Assembly (NCBI GenBank): GCA_029555085.1
Contig: JAKPTO010000052.1
Span: 1-61,599 of the forward strand
From: a bacterium
Lineage (GTDB): Bacteria; Patescibacteriota; Patescibacteriia; UBA1558; S5-K13
DNA length: 61,599 bases
Direction of reading: 5' to 3'
In this document: piece after piece, positions 9,433 through 19,119 of the stretch
Layout: the number at the start of each line of letters is the position of its first letter
Numbering within the stretch: position 1 is the first letter of the stretch
Notes under the pieces: generated by a model
What the model was told of the DNA's origin: nothing
Database searches by the model: none
What the model saw: only the letters and a program-made list of their open reading frames with translations
Program-made: the position numbers and the translations under genes

Positions 9433-10215
9433 ATGGGGTCATTTAATGATATCAATTTAAAAAAATGGAAAGAGTCAGAAATTTGGACTGATAGTCTTTG
9501 GATTATTCCAGAAAGAGATAAAAGTGGAAAACATGATAACTCATATCATGGAAATTTTGTACCACAAATACCAAGACAATTAATTTTAAGATACACTAAA
9601 AAAAATGATATTGTTTTTGATCCATTTGTTGGTAGTGGAACAACTGCTTATGAGGCGGAAAGCTTAAAAAGAAATTTTATTGGAATAGATATTCAAAAAA
9701 AATTAATTTCAAAAATAAAAAATAATTTGGATGGCAAGAATAATTTTTCTATTTTAGTAAAAGGTGATAGTACAAAAAAAATAACACTTAATAAAATAAT
9801 AGAATCCCTCAAACAACGAAAAAAAAAGAAAGTTCAATTAGCTATTCTTCATCCACCATATTTTGATATAATAAAATTTTCACAATTTAATGATGATTTA
9901 TCAAATGCAAAATCTTTAGAGGATTTTCTAAAAAAATTTAGGTTAGTCTTGGAAAATACCGCATCTCTCTTAGAAGAAAAGAGATATTTAGCAATAGTTA
10001 TTGGAGATAAATATTCTGATAGTCAATGGATTCCATTGGGATTTTATTGCATGAACGAAGCTCAAAAATTAGGATTAACTCTAAAAAGTATTATTGTGAA
10101 AAATATGAGCGGAAATAGAGGGAAGCAAAATAAAGAAGCTATTTGGAGATATCGAGCACTTGCCAGTGATTATTATATTTTTAAACATGAATATATATTA
10201 ATTTTTAAAAAATAA
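9433..10215 (+). CDS. N4-cytosine/N6-adenine DNA methyltransferase
   Basis: HGNFVPQIP, DPFVGSGTT SAM motif, HPPY catalytic variant. Confidence 0.88.
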   Translation: MGSFNDINLKKWKESEIWTDSLWIIPERDKSGKHDNSYHGNFVPQIPRQLILRYTKKNDIVFDPFVGSGTTAYEAESLKRNFIGIDIQKKLISKIKNNLDGKNNFSILVKGDSTKKITLNKIIESLKQRKKKKVQLAILHPPYFDIIKFSQFNDDLSNAKSLEDFLKKFRLVLENTASLLEEKRYLAIVIGDKYSDSQWIPLGFYCMNEAQKLGLTLKSIIVKNMSGNRGKQNKEAIWRYRALASDYYIFKHEYILIFKK

Positions 10216-10219
10216 AATT

Positions 10220-11080
10220 ATGGCAATATTAAGTATCAAGGATGTTAATTTTATTAAATTAAAATCTTTGAAAAAGGAATATCTAAAAAAATTTTGTACT
10301 AATTTTAGCATTGAACAATCCAACAATATAACACAGATGATAAAAAATATTTTATCTGCTTTCGATACTGGGTTGATATCAACAAAACACATTAATGAAT
10401 ATATAAAAAATCTGTATAAACAAATTCGCATAGAAGAAATAAGACAAACTGGCGCTAACCATGAGTCAATAATTAAAGAATTGAATCATGTAGATTCCCA
10501 TATATGGGGAATGGTTCAGGGGGCCGTAGATGCCCATATACAGTCTAATTATGTCAGAAAATATTTCAAATATAGTGATATTATAGACGCCATTAGAGGC
10601 TCTCTTTATGGAACCATAGAATCTTATACTCTTTGTACTTGGTATAATCATTGGAGTACTGTATTTCTAGAAGATTTAATTTGTAAAAACGATAAAGTTG
10701 TACCAATTATTAAGAAGGTTAGGGGTGTTGATGTTATATGGAATGAGCAACCAGTAGATATAAAAGTAACTAATTTACCAAAAGAGTGGTTTAATGATGG
10801 AAAAACAATTGACGATGCAATTAACAATCCAGTTTCTGTGTGCGAATATTTATATAGACTTCAGGGCGCTCAAAGATTTGGATCAGAAAACAGATTATTT
10901 ATTATTATTTACGATAAAAATAATCCGATAGATAGTTGGAAAATAAAAAGAGAGTATTCATTAATAAAAGAATCGGTCGATAATTTTTTTAATCAAAACA
11001 TACCCCTAGATCCGATTAACTTTAGTTTTAATTCCTCTCAACACCTAGCACATGCTAAGGTAATGTTTATTTTAAAATAA
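10220..11080 (+). CDS. Putative Type II restriction endonuclease
   Basis: Sits between two MTases; E...GVDV...VDIKVT resembles PD-(D/E)xK. Confidence 0.6.
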   Translation: MAILSIKDVNFIKLKSLKKEYLKKFCTNFSIEQSNNITQMIKNILSAFDTGLISTKHINEYIKNLYKQIRIEEIRQTGANHESIIKELNHVDSHIWGMVQGAVDAHIQSNYVRKYFKYSDIIDAIRGSLYGTIESYTLCTWYNHWSTVFLEDLICKNDKVVPIIKKVRGVDVIWNEQPVDIKVTNLPKEWFNDGKTIDDAINNPVSVCEYLYRLQGAQRFGSENRLFIIIYDKNNPIDSWKIKREYSLIKESVDNFFNQNIPLDPINFSFNSSQHLAHAKVMFILK

Positions 11081-11081
11081 A

Positions 11082-12143
11082 ATGAATTATATAGGAAGTA
11101 AATTATCATTATTAGAATTCATAGAGGATTCTATAAATAAAGTAGCTGATAAAAACTGCAAAATTTTTTGTGATTTGTTTGCTGGGACTGGAGTAGTTGG
11201 TAGTTATTTTAAAAAAAGGGGATACAAAATAATTGCAAACGACATTCAATATTATAGTTATGTTCTTAATAGACATTATATTGGGAATCATAAATTGTTA
11301 GAATTTAATAGTTTACTAAAAGAAATTCCAGTTTTAAAAAAATTGAAGATTCGAAATAGAAAAGATTATGTTTGTAAATATCTATCAAATTTAAATGGAG
11401 CAAAGGGTTTCATTTATAAAAATTATTGTTTAGGTGGAACCAAAAATACAAAAATAAAAAGACAATATTTTTCAGATTTTAATGGAATGAAATGTGATGC
11501 GATACGACAAAAAATAGAAAAATGGAAGCAAAAAAAATTAATATCAAATAATGAGTATTATTTTTTAATTACAAGTCTAATTGAATCAATAGATAAATAT
11601 GCAAATACGGCATCTGTTTATGGAGCATTTTTGAAAAAGTTAAAAAAAACAGCTCAAAATAACCTCATACTCAAACCAGCTGAAATTATAATCAATGACT
11701 ATGCTCATAAGGTTCTTAATGATGATATAAATATTGCGATAAAAAAAATTCATGGGGATATTTTATATTTAGATCCGCCATACAACCAGAGACAATATGC
11801 AACAAATTATCATCTATTAGAAACTATAGCAAAATATGACAATCCTAAAATCTACGGGAAAACGGGATTAAGAGAATACCAAAGTCAAAAATCTCTATAT
11901 TGTTCAAAGCCTGAGGTAAAAAAGGCGTTTAAAGATTTAATTTTAAATGCAAATGTAAAATATATATTTTTAAGTTACAATAATGAAGGTCTGATGACTT
12001 TAAATGATATAAAAGAAATTATGAGTTTGAGAGGACAATATGGAAATTTTAAAAAAGAATATAGTCGCTTTAGAGCGGATAAAAACAGAAAATATATAGC
12101 TAGCAAGACTACGGAATATCTTCATTATGTAATCTGTAAATAA
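11082..12143 (+). CDS. D12-class N6-adenine DNA methyltransferase (NlaIII/FokI-N-like)
   Basis: MNYIGSK, DLFAGTG, YLDPPYNQRQY, LSYNNEG. Confidence 0.92.
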   Translation: MNYIGSKLSLLEFIEDSINKVADKNCKIFCDLFAGTGVVGSYFKKRGYKIIANDIQYYSYVLNRHYIGNHKLLEFNSLLKEIPVLKKLKIRNRKDYVCKYLSNLNGAKGFIYKNYCLGGTKNTKIKRQYFSDFNGMKCDAIRQKIEKWKQKKLISNNEYYFLITSLIESIDKYANTASVYGAFLKKLKKTAQNNLILKPAEIIINDYAHKVLNDDINIAIKKIHGDILYLDPPYNQRQYATNYHLLETIAKYDNPKIYGKTGLREYQSQKSLYCSKPEVKKAFKDLILNANVKYIFLSYNNEGLMTLNDIKEIMSLRGQYGNFKKEYSRFRADKNRKYIASKTTEYLHYVICK

Positions 12144-12148
12144 TTAAC

Positions 12149-13039
12149 ATGTCAATTTCAATAATCATCGTAAATTACAAAGTAAAAGATTTACTTGATA
12201 AAACATTATCTTCACTTTTTGAGTTTAATAAAAATATTGAACTAGATGTGATTGTTGTTGATAATGACTCAAATGACGGAAGCGAAGACATGGTAAAAAA
12301 TAAATATCCACAAGTTAGATATGTTCAATCAGGTGGAAATTTAGGTTTCGCAAAAGCAAATAATATTGGTTATAAATTAGCAAAATATGATCACATACTA
12401 CTACTAAATCCTGACACAGAATTTATTGAGCCAGATTCACTAAAAAAACTTATTGAGATTTTTGATTCATGCGAAAATATCGGAGCAATTGCATGTAAAT
12501 TATTAAATAGTGACGGAAGTTTACAAGCATCTTGTAGAACATTTCCAACTCTGTCTTCACAAATTTTTGTATTATTAAAACTTCACAATTTTTTTCCGCG
12601 TTTAATTCCTAGCATAAAAAAATATTACATGCTTGATTTTGATTACAATAGTGAAAAAAAAGTTGACCAAGTCATGGGTGCATTTCTACTTACAAATAAA
12701 AAAATTATTGAAAAGGTTGGTGGATTATTAGATGAAGATTATTGGTTACTTTTTGAAGAAGTTGATTTGTGTACTAGAATTAAAAAACACGGATTTGATA
12801 TTATATTTACGCCAATTACAAGTATAAGGCACCACAAAGGAGAGAGTTTTAAACAAGAAAAAATATTAAAAAATCAAAAAACTTTCAATAATAGTTTATT
12901 AATGTATTTCAAAAAACATAAAAACGAATTACAGGTTTTAATTTTAAAATTTTTTATTGTAATAAACTGGTTTATCGTGCGATTAGTTATGGTTGCTGCG
13001 AAACTAAAAATCTTACCTAAAAAAAAGAAATATTTATAA
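12149..13039 (+). CDS. Glycosyltransferase family 2
   Basis: VVDNDS, NLGFAKANN, LLNPD, EEVDLC. Confidence 0.92.
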   Translation: MSISIIIVNYKVKDLLDKTLSSLFEFNKNIELDVIVVDNDSNDGSEDMVKNKYPQVRYVQSGGNLGFAKANNIGYKLAKYDHILLLNPDTEFIEPDSLKKLIEIFDSCENIGAIACKLLNSDGSLQASCRTFPTLSSQIFVLLKLHNFFPRLIPSIKKYYMLDFDYNSEKKVDQVMGAFLLTNKKIIEKVGGLLDEDYWLLFEEVDLCTRIKKHGFDIIFTPITSIRHHKGESFKQEKILKNQKTFNNSLLMYFKKHKNELQVLILKFFIVINWFIVRLVMVAAKLKILPKKKKYL

Positions 13040-14514
13040 TGTTTAACTTTCTTAAAAATAAATACTTTTCAATAACCTTCTTATCTCTTATTGTATTAGA
13101 TGCTATTTTTTTTCTTGCTCATAAATTTACAACATTTAATTATATCGCATTTTCACTTCTTGCAATTTGTATAATTTATTTAATTTCTTACGATATAAAA
13201 TGGATTATTTATATTAGTTTTTTGGAATTATTTGTGGGTTCTTTTGGGCGACTCATGAGCATAGATTTATTTGGATTTTCTCTATCATTACGAATATTTA
13301 TTTTTGTAATTTCATTTATTTTCGGAATGATTTATGTTGTAAAAAATAAAAAAATCGACTTTTTGAAAAGTCAGTATAAATGTTTTTATTTTGTTTATAT
13401 TTTAATTCTTATATTTGGAATAATTATTGCATTAATAAATAAAGCTAAAATCTCAAACATTTTCTTTGACATAAATAATTTTATATTTTTCTTAATTCTA
13501 CCAATTTATTATCAAATTATTATAAAAGAAGAGAGGATTCTAAAAAATTTATTTTATATTTTCATTTCTGCGACTCTATTTTTATCACTAAAAACAATTA
13601 TTGTTTTTTATTTATTTTCACAACATTTCTCGTGTTTGGACTTTACAAGTCTTTATAAGTGGATCAGGGATTCTCGACTTGGTGAAATTACAAAAATGAA
13701 TGAACATTTTTACAGAATATTTTTTCAAAGTCAAATTTATTTAATGATTGCTTTTATAATAAATTCAGTAATTTTAATATTTCAAAAATTAAAAAAGAAA
13801 GAAAAAATATTTTTTTATATATTATTAATTATAAATCTATCTGCAATCATAATTAGTTTTTCAAGAAGTTTTTGGCTTGGAATTGTAAGTTCGTTATTAA
13901 TTTTATTCATAATATTAATCCTTAAAAAAGAAAAATTTATAAACATTGTAACAAACTATTTAAAACTTTTTGGAATTTTGATTTTGTCAGTATTTTTTGT
14001 TTTTATATTATTAAAAATTCCAGATACTCATATAAATTTTGCTGATATGTTATCGGGTCGTGTAAGTGAATCTGACGCGAGTAGTAATTCAAGAATGGAA
14101 TTACTTAATCCAATGTTACGTGATATAAAAAAATCTCCAATATTAGGTCATGGATTTGCCCATGAAATAAGTTATTTTTCAAAAGATCCAAGAAATTTAA
14201 ATGATTCTAATCCCACGGGCGAAGTTACAACTTACAGCTTTGAATGGGGTTGGCTCAGTTTTTGGCTTAAAATAGGCATTTTTGGACTATTATTTTACAT
14301 AATTTTGAGCTTGAAAATAATTAAAGATTCTGTTAAATTAATTGGTAGTAATAATGTAATTTTTATTGCATCATTGCTTTGTTTTATATCTATTTCAGTA
14401 GTTCATATTTTTTCACCATATTTAGATCACCCACTAGGACTTGGATTTATAATATTAATAATTTGTATAATAGAAAAATATAAAAACGACTCATTGTCAT
14501 TCCCGCGCAGTTGA
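13039..14514 (+). CDS. O-antigen ligase/polymerase-like polytopic membrane protein
   Basis: About 12 TM segments, SFSRSFW and PILGHGF motifs, located among GT genes. Confidence 0.78.
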   Translation: MFNFLKNKYFSITFLSLIVLDAIFFLAHKFTTFNYIAFSLLAICIIYLISYDIKWIIYISFLELFVGSFGRLMSIDLFGFSLSLRIFIFVISFIFGMIYVVKNKKIDFLKSQYKCFYFVYILILIFGIIIALINKAKISNIFFDINNFIFFLILPIYYQIIIKEERILKNLFYIFISATLFLSLKTIIVFYLFSQHFSCLDFTSLYKWIRDSRLGEITKMNEHFYRIFFQSQIYLMIAFIINSVILIFQKLKKKEKIFFYILLIINLSAIIISFSRSFWLGIVSSLLILFIILILKKEKFINIVTNYLKLFGILILSVFFVFILLKIPDTHINFADMLSGRVSESDASSNSRMELLNPMLRDIKKSPILGHGFAHEISYFSKDPRNLNDSNPTGEVTTYSFEWGWLSFWLKIGIFGLLFYIILSLKIIKDSVKLIGSNNVIFIASLLCFISISVVHIFSPYLDHPLGLGFIILIICIIEKYKNDSLSFPRS

Positions 14515-14634
14515 ACAATTATCAATGGTTTATATTTTTTCACCATATTTAGATCATCGGCCAGAATCTAGATTTATAATATTAATAATTTGTATAATAG
14601 AAAAATATAAAAACGACTCATTGTCATTCCCGCG
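14401..14634 (+). repeat. 107-bp direct duplication (14401-14507 and 14528-14634)
   Basis: Copies identical apart from one isolated substitution and a cluster of 8 within a 15-bp patch. Confidence 0.92.
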
Positions 14635-14649
14635 TAAGCGGGAATCCAG
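14622..14649. repeat. REP/dRS3-like palindrome TGTCATTCCCGCGTAAGCGGGAATCCAG
   Basis: Perfect stem ATTCCCGC/GCGGGAAT with GTAA loop; fits the ATTCCC-N8-GGGAAT pattern. Confidence 0.8.
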
Positions 14650-14689
14650 TGCGACACAACAATACAAAGTTTAATAAAAAAAGCGATTT

Positions 14690-14986
14690 ATGAAATACGA
14701 AAAAGAGTATTTTGTCTATATACTTGCAAGTTATAGAAATGGAACATTGTATATAGGTCTAACAAATAATTTAATAAGGAGGGTTTCTGAACACAAATCA
14801 GGAATAATAAAAGGATTCACAAAAAAATATAATATTAAAATGTTAGTTTATTATGAATCAACAAATGATATTTTTTCAGCAATAACAAGAGAAAAACAAA
14901 TGAAAAAATGGAATAGAAAATGGAAGCTTGAATTAATAGAAAAATTCAATCCAAATTGGGAAGATTTATATTATAAATTATTTTAA
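14690..14986 (+). CDS. Stand-alone GIY-YIG nuclease (UPF0213/YhbQ-like)
   Basis: FVYILA...LYIGLTNNLIRRVSEH, AITREKQMKKWNRKWK...NPNWEDL. Confidence 0.92.
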   Translation: MKYEKEYFVYILASYRNGTLYIGLTNNLIRRVSEHKSGIIKGFTKKYNIKMLVYYESTNDIFSAITREKQMKKWNRKWKLELIEKFNPNWEDLYYKLF

Positions 14987-14990
14987 CACA

Positions 14991-16004
14991 ATGTCTAGAA
15001 TAAGTATCAACTTAGTTACCTGGAACGGAGCAAAATACATTAAACATTGTATTAATTCTATATTACAACAAACTTTCACAGATTATGATGTAAATATTTT
15101 TGATAATAATTCTAACGATAATACAGTTGAAATTATAGAAAAAAACTTTCCACAATTTAAAGTGCTAAAAAATAGAGAAAATATTGGTTTTGCTCCTGCG
15201 CATAATAAATTATTTGCATGGAGTAAATCAGATTACATAATGTGCTTAAATCAAGATATGATACTAGAGCCAAATTTTTTAGAAAATATCTTCAATTTTT
15301 TAAATAGCACCAAAGAAACAAATATTGGAACAATTGCTCCAAAATTATTTCAATGGAAATTTGACGATAACGATCCTTATAATTCAGATAAAACTGGTAA
15401 AACAAATATAATTGATACTTGTGGATTTCAAGTTTTTAAAAATCATCAAGTTGTAGATATTGGTCAGTCAAAAGAAGACGCTCCAGAGTTTAATAAAATA
15501 AAAGAAGTATTTGGTTCATCTGGCGCTTGTCCTATTTATCTAAAAAAAGCCCTCGAAGATGTTAAAATTAATAATGAATATTTTGATGAAGATTTTTTTA
15601 GCTATAAAGAAGATGTCGATTTGGCATTTCGCCTAAGACTTGCTGGATATAAATGTTATTTTTTACCCAACGCAATTTGCTATCACGACAGATCTATTAA
15701 AACTGGAACAAGTACTATAAAAAACAGAAAAGCGAAACCATCTTGGATAAATAAATATTCTTATAGAAATCATGTTTATTTACTTATAAAAAATGAATTT
15801 TTTGTAAATTTTATCAAATGTTTTTTTCAATTATTTTTTTATGAATTCAAAAAATTTATTTATGTATTATTTTTTGAACATGAAAGTTTTAAATTTTTAT
15901 TTAAAAATAAAAAATTATTCTCTAAAATGAAAAATAAAAGAAAATACATATTTAAAAATATTGTGCGTATTACAAGTAAAGAATTATATAAATGGTATAA
16001 ATAA
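14991..16004 (+). CDS. Glycosyltransferase family 2
   Basis: FDNNS, NIGFA, LNQD, YKEDVDLAFR. Confidence 0.92.
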   Translation: MSRISINLVTWNGAKYIKHCINSILQQTFTDYDVNIFDNNSNDNTVEIIEKNFPQFKVLKNRENIGFAPAHNKLFAWSKSDYIMCLNQDMILEPNFLENIFNFLNSTKETNIGTIAPKLFQWKFDDNDPYNSDKTGKTNIIDTCGFQVFKNHQVVDIGQSKEDAPEFNKIKEVFGSSGACPIYLKKALEDVKINNEYFDEDFFSYKEDVDLAFRLRLAGYKCYFLPNAICYHDRSIKTGTSTIKNRKAKPSWINKYSYRNHVYLLIKNEFFVNFIKCFFQLFFYEFKKFIYVLFFEHESFKFLFKNKKLFSKMKNKRKYIFKNIVRITSKELYKWYK

Positions 16005-16005
16005 C

Positions 16006-16848
16006 ATGGAATTATCTATAATAATTTTAAATTATAAATCATCACAACTTATAAAATACCAATTAAAAAAATTGGCTAATTATAATTTTAACTTTGATAC
16101 AGAAATTATAGTTATTGATAATGATTCTCGTGATGACATAGAAAGCATTGTGCAAGAATTTCCAAATGTAAAATTTATTCAATCAGGAAAAAATATTGGA
16201 TTCTGTGCTGCGAACAATTTAGCTGCAAAATCCGCAAGGGGCAAATATATAATGATATTAAATCCAGATATAAGAATAGAGCAATTTACAATAGAAAAAC
16301 TTTACGAAACCCTGAAATCAAATGATAATATTGGCATTATTGGACCTCGTCTTATAAATGCAGATGGATCTACTCAAGAAACAAGTTTCACATTTCCAAA
16401 TATTTATTATCCATTATTCAGAAGAACATTTTTAGGGAAAACAAAAATCGGCCAAAAATGGCTTTATAAATTTTTATTAAAAGACAAGGATAGGACTAAA
16501 AATTTTGAAGTTGATTGGCTCCAGGGCGCTTGTTTTATAATAAAAATGCATGTTTTTAATAAAATAAATGGCTATGATGAAAAAATATTTATGTACTTAG
16601 ATGATATGGATTTGTGTCGTCGTGTCTGGGAAGCTGGATATTCAGTGTATTACATGGGCGAAGTTACAGCAATTCATTTGCACCAAAAAATGTCCGCTAA
16701 TAAAAATATATTTATTTCTATATTTACAAATAAATTGTCTAGAATTCATATAAAAAGCTGGTTGCATTACATAAAAAAATACTCTGGCATGGATTTTCCA
16801 AAAAATTGTCCATCAGGAAAAAATTATTCAAACTCACAAGTTAAATAA
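16006..16848 (+). CDS. Glycosyltransferase family 2
   Basis: IDNDS, NIGFCAANN, LNPD, DDMDLCRR; ATG at 16006 preferred over the alternative start at 15961. Confidence 0.9.
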   Translation: MELSIIILNYKSSQLIKYQLKKLANYNFNFDTEIIVIDNDSRDDIESIVQEFPNVKFIQSGKNIGFCAANNLAAKSARGKYIMILNPDIRIEQFTIEKLYETLKSNDNIGIIGPRLINADGSTQETSFTFPNIYYPLFRRTFLGKTKIGQKWLYKFLLKDKDRTKNFEVDWLQGACFIIKMHVFNKINGYDEKIFMYLDDMDLCRRVWEAGYSVYYMGEVTAIHLHQKMSANKNIFISIFTNKLSRIHIKSWLHYIKKYSGMDFPKNCPSGKNYSNSQVK

Positions 16849-17636
16849 ATTTCTTTAAATTCTATATCAATAGATAATATATTTGGCGTTAATTTTTGTT
16901 CTAATAAATGATTAGATATAACGGCAAATGGTTTTATTCCTAGGTAATTACCATTTTCAAATTGATTGGTATATTTCAAAAAATCATTATATTTTTTATT
17001 TTTTATTGAATCTACAAATAACTTTAATAATTCTTCTATTGATTTTCTGTCTTCTTTTTTTATTTCCTTTGCAAAATCCCCACATGCTATTACAACAATC
17101 TTTTCATCTGATTTTTTAATAAAATCAAATAATAATTTTCCAAATTTTAAATGATACGATAGATCACTAGCAGAACAATTAATTATAATAAATTCTGTAT
17201 TCTTAGATTCTTGTTTTATGTCTTTATCAGGTCCTTTTGAAAAAACATGATATTGATTTAAAAAATAAAACGGAACAAATGATTTATAATTTATTTCCGA
17301 ATCTGAAAAAATTGAAACTGGAAAATCATTTTTCCTTAAAAAATATTTTAATTTTGTAGAAAAATCCATATCTCCCATCACTTCAAATCCTGCGGATAAG
17401 TCTCCAAAATCTTTAAAATTAATACTATATGATTCGCATTGATTTATTGAAATATTATTAAACTTGGAATATTCTGGCATTATTATAATAATTTTTTGCG
17501 GGTCTATATTGTAAATTTTTTGCCTAATATGCTCCCATGCTGTTATGGATTTTTTTAATTTGTCAGAATGCTTACCGCCTATTTTTGATATAAGCAGAGG
17601 ATTGTGTGGAGAAAAAATTGTATAAACTTCTTTCAT
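16824..17636 (-). CDS. LigB/Memo-like (class III extradiol dioxygenase fold) protein, degenerate; AmmeMemoRadiSam-associated
   Basis: FSPHNPLLISKIG N-terminus, FKDFGD, VIACGDF; two genes downstream of amrS. Confidence 0.65.
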   Translation of the reverse strand: MKEVYTIFSPHNPLLISKIGGKHSDKLKKSITAWEHIRQKIYNIDPQKIIIIMPEYSKFNNISINQCESYSINFKDFGDLSAGFEVMGDMDFSTKLKYFLRKNDFPVSIFSDSEINYKSFVPFYFLNQYHVFSKGPDKDIKQESKNTEFIIINCSASDLSYHLKFGKLLFDFIKKSDEKIVVIACGDFAKEIKKEDRKSIEELLKLFVDSIKNKKYNDFLKYTNQFENGNYLGIKPFAVISNHLLEQKLTPNILSIDIEFKEIYLTCEFE

Positions 17637-17640
17637 ATTT

Positions 17641-19098
17641 TTATAGTGGATGTGATTCTTGTGCTGGCAAGAGTTCATCTTCATTAATATTTTCTAAAAT
17701 TATATTTATTGAATCACCAATTTTATTTAAATTTAATATTTCATCTGACACAACTACAACATCGCTCCATGAAAATCCTAATTGCTCAAAAATTTCAGCA
17801 CTTATTATTGGCTTCCTGACTCCATCAGATACAAAATAAACAGCGCTATTATTTTCAGATCTCACTAAAACTCCATCTCTTATTATTGTATCATCTATGC
17901 TTTCTAATTTTTGTATTTCTTCACTACTAACTTTAGAAATATATTGATTAGGATAATTTAATTTTGCTAAATCACTATTTAAAACAAAGGACTTTTTACC
18001 ATCTTTTGCGTAATAAATTTTTTGATCATTAATGTCTTGTAAAACTATTCCATTTGGATATAGACTATTTATTGTAATATCTTGTCCTTTGGGATAATAA
18101 TTACAATCATCATAAGATATACTTATTGCCTCCTCTGGATTCACACCAAAATATCTTGCAATCTCACGAGATTGAAATTTTCTAAGTTTGTTATTATCTA
18201 CCATATAAAAATCGCCGTCTGGCGTCCTTAAATATGCATAATTTTCAAATTTTATTGAATCTCCTACAGCATATTTTTCTAAATCACTATAAGAAACATT
18301 TATTATATCAGATTTATTATATCTACTTATAAACGACGCCCATGTCACAAATGGTTTTTTGTGTCCATCTTCAATTAACCAAACACTTGGAGAATCATAT
18401 GCCTTTACAATCGTTCCATTTGGATATTTTTTAGTAAACCATTTTTGCCAAATTTTCCAAAAATTATAATTACCGTTATAGTGTGGAGTGTAATTATATA
18501 AATTTACAGTTGCTTGATTTAATGGCGTAATTTTTTTACCGTCAATATTGTATTCTTGATTAATCTGAAAAAGCCAAATTAAATCATTGTTCTCAATATA
18601 AAATCTATTTCTTTGAGCAGCATAAAAAACTTGATTATAAAAACCTTTATATTTTTGTAAATATGGATCATCCTTGGAGCAATTATCACAAATTGCAAAA
18701 CCAGTAGCCCAATCAAGCTGTCTTTGTGTAGGATTCGGATCTGTAATTAAACTCTGTTCTTTCTGAATTAAAACTATCAAATACTGGGGATTAATTTTAT
18801 ACTGATTTGCTGCATTATAAATTATTTCAGACGCTGAAATCAATTTTCCAGAATTAGGATCTTTAATAATGTAATTTTTTAGTATTCCATTTTGTCTATT
18901 TAAAAAACTCTGTATTTCATAAACATCCATCGAGGAATAATCTTCTAATTCAAAATCTGAAATAATAAAATTAGGATTAAAAACAGCGTCGTATTCTTGT
19001 GATGAAGACCTGAGACAAAAAACAAAAAACAAAATAGTAATTAAAAATAAAACACCCCTGAATTTATTTTCATATATTTTATTATTTTTTATTTTCAT
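17641..19098 (-). CDS. Secreted protein with lysozyme-like N-terminal domain and C-terminal repeats
   Basis: Signal/TM segment, INPQYLIVLIQKEQSL, LYNYTPH, then about four G.lvk....vy.i.dG.k repeats. Confidence 0.7.
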   Translation of the reverse strand: MKIKNNKIYENKFRGVLFLITILFFVFCLRSSSQEYDAVFNPNFIISDFELEDYSSMDVYEIQSFLNRQNGILKNYIIKDPNSGKLISASEIIYNAANQYKINPQYLIVLIQKEQSLITDPNPTQRQLDWATGFAICDNCSKDDPYLQKYKGFYNQVFYAAQRNRFYIENNDLIWLFQINQEYNIDGKKITPLNQATVNLYNYTPHYNGNYNFWKIWQKWFTKKYPNGTIVKAYDSPSVWLIEDGHKKPFVTWASFISRYNKSDIINVSYSDLEKYAVGDSIKFENYAYLRTPDGDFYMVDNNKLRKFQSREIARYFGVNPEEAISISYDDCNYYPKGQDITINSLYPNGIVLQDINDQKIYYAKDGKKSFVLNSDLAKLNYPNQYISKVSSEEIQKLESIDDTIIRDGVLVRSENNSAVYFVSDGVRKPIISAEIFEQLGFSWSDVVVVSDEILNLNKIGDSINIILENINEDELLPAQESHPL

Positions 19099-19119
19099 AA
19101 ATATTTAAATAATAAAAAA

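Noticed and set aside
14401-14634. DGR template/variable repeat pair
   Set aside because: Mismatches are not adenine-specific in either copy and no reverse transcriptase is present
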